In this document: positions 61,001-64,000 of the stretch, one piece after another | Numbering within the stretch: the first letter of the stretch is position 1 | Layout of the letters: each line of letters starts with the position of its first letter | Assembly (NCBI RefSeq): GCF_009914755.1 | Contig: NC_060927.1 | Source: the human T2T-CHM13v2.0 reference genome, Homo sapiens | Length of the DNA stretch: 64,000 nucleotides | Strand: one strand, 5' to 3' | The notes under the pieces: generated by a model | What the model saw: the letters and a program-made list of their open reading frames with translations, nothing else | What the model was told of the DNA's origin: nothing | The model's database searches: none | Made by a program: the position numbers and the translations under genes

Positions 61001-62480
61001 CAAATGCATATGCCTACAATGAACTCAATAACAACAAAGGTCCCAAGAACATATACTGGAGAAAAGAGTCCCTTTAATAAATGGTGCACAGAAAACCGGA
61101 TATTCCTATGTAGAAGAATGAAAGTGGATCCCTATCTCTTGCCATATATAAAAATCAAATCAAAATGGATCAAAGATTTAAAACTCAATCATCAAACTAT
61201 GAAACTACTACAGGAAAACATCCACAAAACTCTCCAGAACAATAGTGTGGGTAAAAATTTCTTACATAATACCCCACATGCACAGGCAACCAAAGGAAAC
61301 ATGGACAAATAGCACATCAAGTTAAAAAGCTCTGCAGACAAAGGAAACAATCAGCAAAGTGAAGAGACAACCCACAGAATGGGAGAAAATTGCAAACTGT
61401 CACTCTAACAAGGGATTAATAACCACCATCTATAAACAACTCAAACAACTGTACAGGAAAAAAAAATCTAATAATGCAATTTTAAAATGGGCTAAAGATC
61501 TGAGTAGACATTCCTCAAAAGAAGACATACAAATGACAAACATGCATATGAAAAGGTGCTCAACATCATAGACCATCAGAGAAATGAAAATCAAAACTAC
61601 AATGTGGTATCACCTCATCCCAATTAAAATGGCTTTTAACCAAAAGACAAGGAATAACAAATGCTGGTAAGGATATGGAGAAAGGAAAACCCTGGTATAG
61701 TGTTGGCTGGAATGTAAATTAGTACAACCACTATGGAGAACAGTTTGGAGGTTCCTCAAAAAACTAAAAACAGAGGTACCATATGATCCTCTGGTACCAG
61801 CAATCCCAATGCTGGGTATATAGCCAAAAGAAGGAAAATCAGTATGTAGAAGAGATTTCTACACTTCCATGTTTGCTGCAGCATTGTTCACAACAGCCAA
61901 GATTTTGAAGCAACCTAAGTGTCCATCAACAGATGAACAGATAAAATGTGGTACACATACACAATGGAGAACTATTCGGCCATAAAAAGAATGAGATCCT
62001 GTCATCTGTAACAACATGGCTGGAACCAAGGTCATTATGTCAAGTGAAATAAGCCAGCTACAGATAGACAAACTTCAAAAGTTCTCATTTACTTGTGGAA
62101 GCTAGAAAATAAAATAATTGAACTCATGGAGATAGAGAGATGGATGGTTACCAAAGGCTGAGGAGGATAGTGGGGGTGGAGAAGAAGTGAGGATGGTTAA
62201 TAGGTACTAAAACATAGGAATAACGAATAAGACCTACTATTGATAGCACAACAGGGTTACAATAGTCAACACTAAATTATACATTTTAAAATAACTAAAA
62301 GAGTATAACTGGATGGTTTGTTATATAAAGGATAAATACTTGAGGGGATGGATAACCCATTCACCATGATGTGATTATTACGCATTGCATGCCTGTTTCA
62401 AAGTATCTCACGTACTCCATAAATACATACACCTACTATGTGCCCACAAAAATTTAAAAAAATTTAAAAATAATAAAAAT
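55057..62480 (+). mobile_element. Near-full-length old LINE-1 (L1MA1-3-like), inactive, antisense to PDCD10
   Basis: 5' gcaagatggccgaat; ~1.9-kb 5'UTR; ORF1 remnants ~57000-57920; ORF2 from ~58490 ([14 protein letters not shown]); L1MA 3'UTR and A-rich tail; many stops. Confidence 0.93.
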
Positions 62481-64000
62481 AAGATTTTATCTTCTTAAAA
62501 AAAAAGTAGGTAGGTAACGTTGGAGAGGTATTCCAGGTTTCATTTGCTAACTAGGAAAAATTAAGAGTTCCATATCTGCTAATAATTCGCAGAAATAGCT
62601 GATTCAGATGCTTCTGAATGGAAACATATTAATTACTTACACAGAAGCATACTTTTGTGTAATTTATTAGTAAACAAACATATAAACCTTTGGTGACCTA
62701 AAATTCACATTTAGTTGCAAAATTGTTTATTTTTCAAAACATAATATATATTGCTTGAGAAAACAATTCCTCTAAATGGTCTTAGGAAAAGAAAACACAA
62801 GCCTTATTTTTTCCTGGAATCAAGAACTGAATCACCATTCTCTCCTCCCCGATATACAAAGAATCACTACAAAGTAATAGTTATGTGAGAACCTGATATG
62901 ACATGAAATTAGGTTTCCAGAAATCCATTATTCCATAATGCAATCAGGGGACCTATTTCACAGTACATTTACAACACATGCAATAAACTTGGACTCTGAA
63001 CTCCACAGCAGCTGATTAAACAAGAAGCCTACTTCTTCTCAGCTGTCCTGGCATAGCTTTATTAAGTCTAGCAAACATCGAACTTCCAGAATGCCATAAA
63101 TAACTTTGGCTTGCAAGCTGTAGTAACAGTACTAAAATTTCCTCAGGTGTAAACATGTCCTACTAGCTAGAAATCCTTTAAAAGATGATTACTAGACTAC
63201 CATTGTAGCTATCATGGATCTAACGTTAAGGTGAGAAGGAATAATCATTTTAACTCTTACAATACACTGTAGACAAGATTTAGTGAATCATTTAGCTTCA
63301 GAGTAAAACGGTCATCCTTACTATGGTACAATTTTGCAGATTAATTTGACAACCACTTTCACCTTTAAATCTGCACAGCACAGAAAAAGCCAAACTAAAA
63401 TATAATTTCCCTATTAGATATATAGAGAATTTCATAGGTAAACTATAAACACTAATGTTTAATTGATTAGGTATCTTATTTATATGTTATGTTAACAAAC
63501 TAAAACACCAAATAATAATCCTAGTATTTCATTCTTTTTTAACCAAACACCTCATATTTGAAGGAACATTATTTTACTCCACTCCCAATTCAAGCCCTAA
63601 ATTTCATCTCCATATCAAAGAGGAAACCCTAATAAGTACCATCCCTATTTCTAAAACCCTATACTTCTGAACATGCCTTTGAATACATGACAGAAATAAT
63701 TTTTTTAAACGCTTGACACCATGCTGTTAATGTTTGATCAGTAAATTCAATTTGAGAATTATGCAAGAAAAAGGCCACTGAAATTGTTAGAACAAAAACC
63801 TTTTCTAATTTCTCTTCATTCACTAGAGGATTAAACTGAAGATGTGCAATGTAAATTTCCCTCCATTCAAGTAAGGGCTCAAAATACCAGATAAATAAAG
63901 AAAATTCTTCCAAACAACTTTGCCCAATAACTTATCAATTCAGAATATAGACATGAAAAGAAAGAGTGTCTCTGGGTGGAATTGTGATAATGGTTCCTGG

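Noticed and set aside
62500-64000. First coding exon of PDCD10 (MRMTMEEMKNE...)
   Set aside because: Not found in the window; it must lie beyond position 64000

Overview
Human-type genomic DNA: AT-rich and packed with Alu, L1, LTR, MIR and DNA-transposon relics. The one protein-coding gene is PDCD10 (CCM3) on the minus strand. Its last six coding exons (54, 118, 127, 79, 83, 82 bp; all GT-AG) splice into the CCM3 protein from LERVNLSAAQ to QTFKTVA*, followed by a 3' UTR with tandem AATAAA signals. The ATG-containing exon is beyond the right edge. The introns hold an HMGN1 processed pseudogene with a 15-bp TSD, a near-full Tigger2 and a ~7.4-kb old L1. From recalled 3q26.1 gene order, positions 1-29 kb are the intergenic region towards the 5' end of WDR49; they include a near-consensus AluYa5. 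I found no evidence of a new protein-coding system; most listed ORFs are repeat-derived or chance. The best leads are regulatory: a candidate 20-nt poison microexon in PDCD10, four perfect octamer motifs within ~310 bp, a strong CTCF motif in the last intron, a duplicated branch-point region, APA-dependent miRNA sites, and a composite templated duplication at ~3.0-3.4 kb. Repeat subfamily names and boundaries are by eye and approximate.
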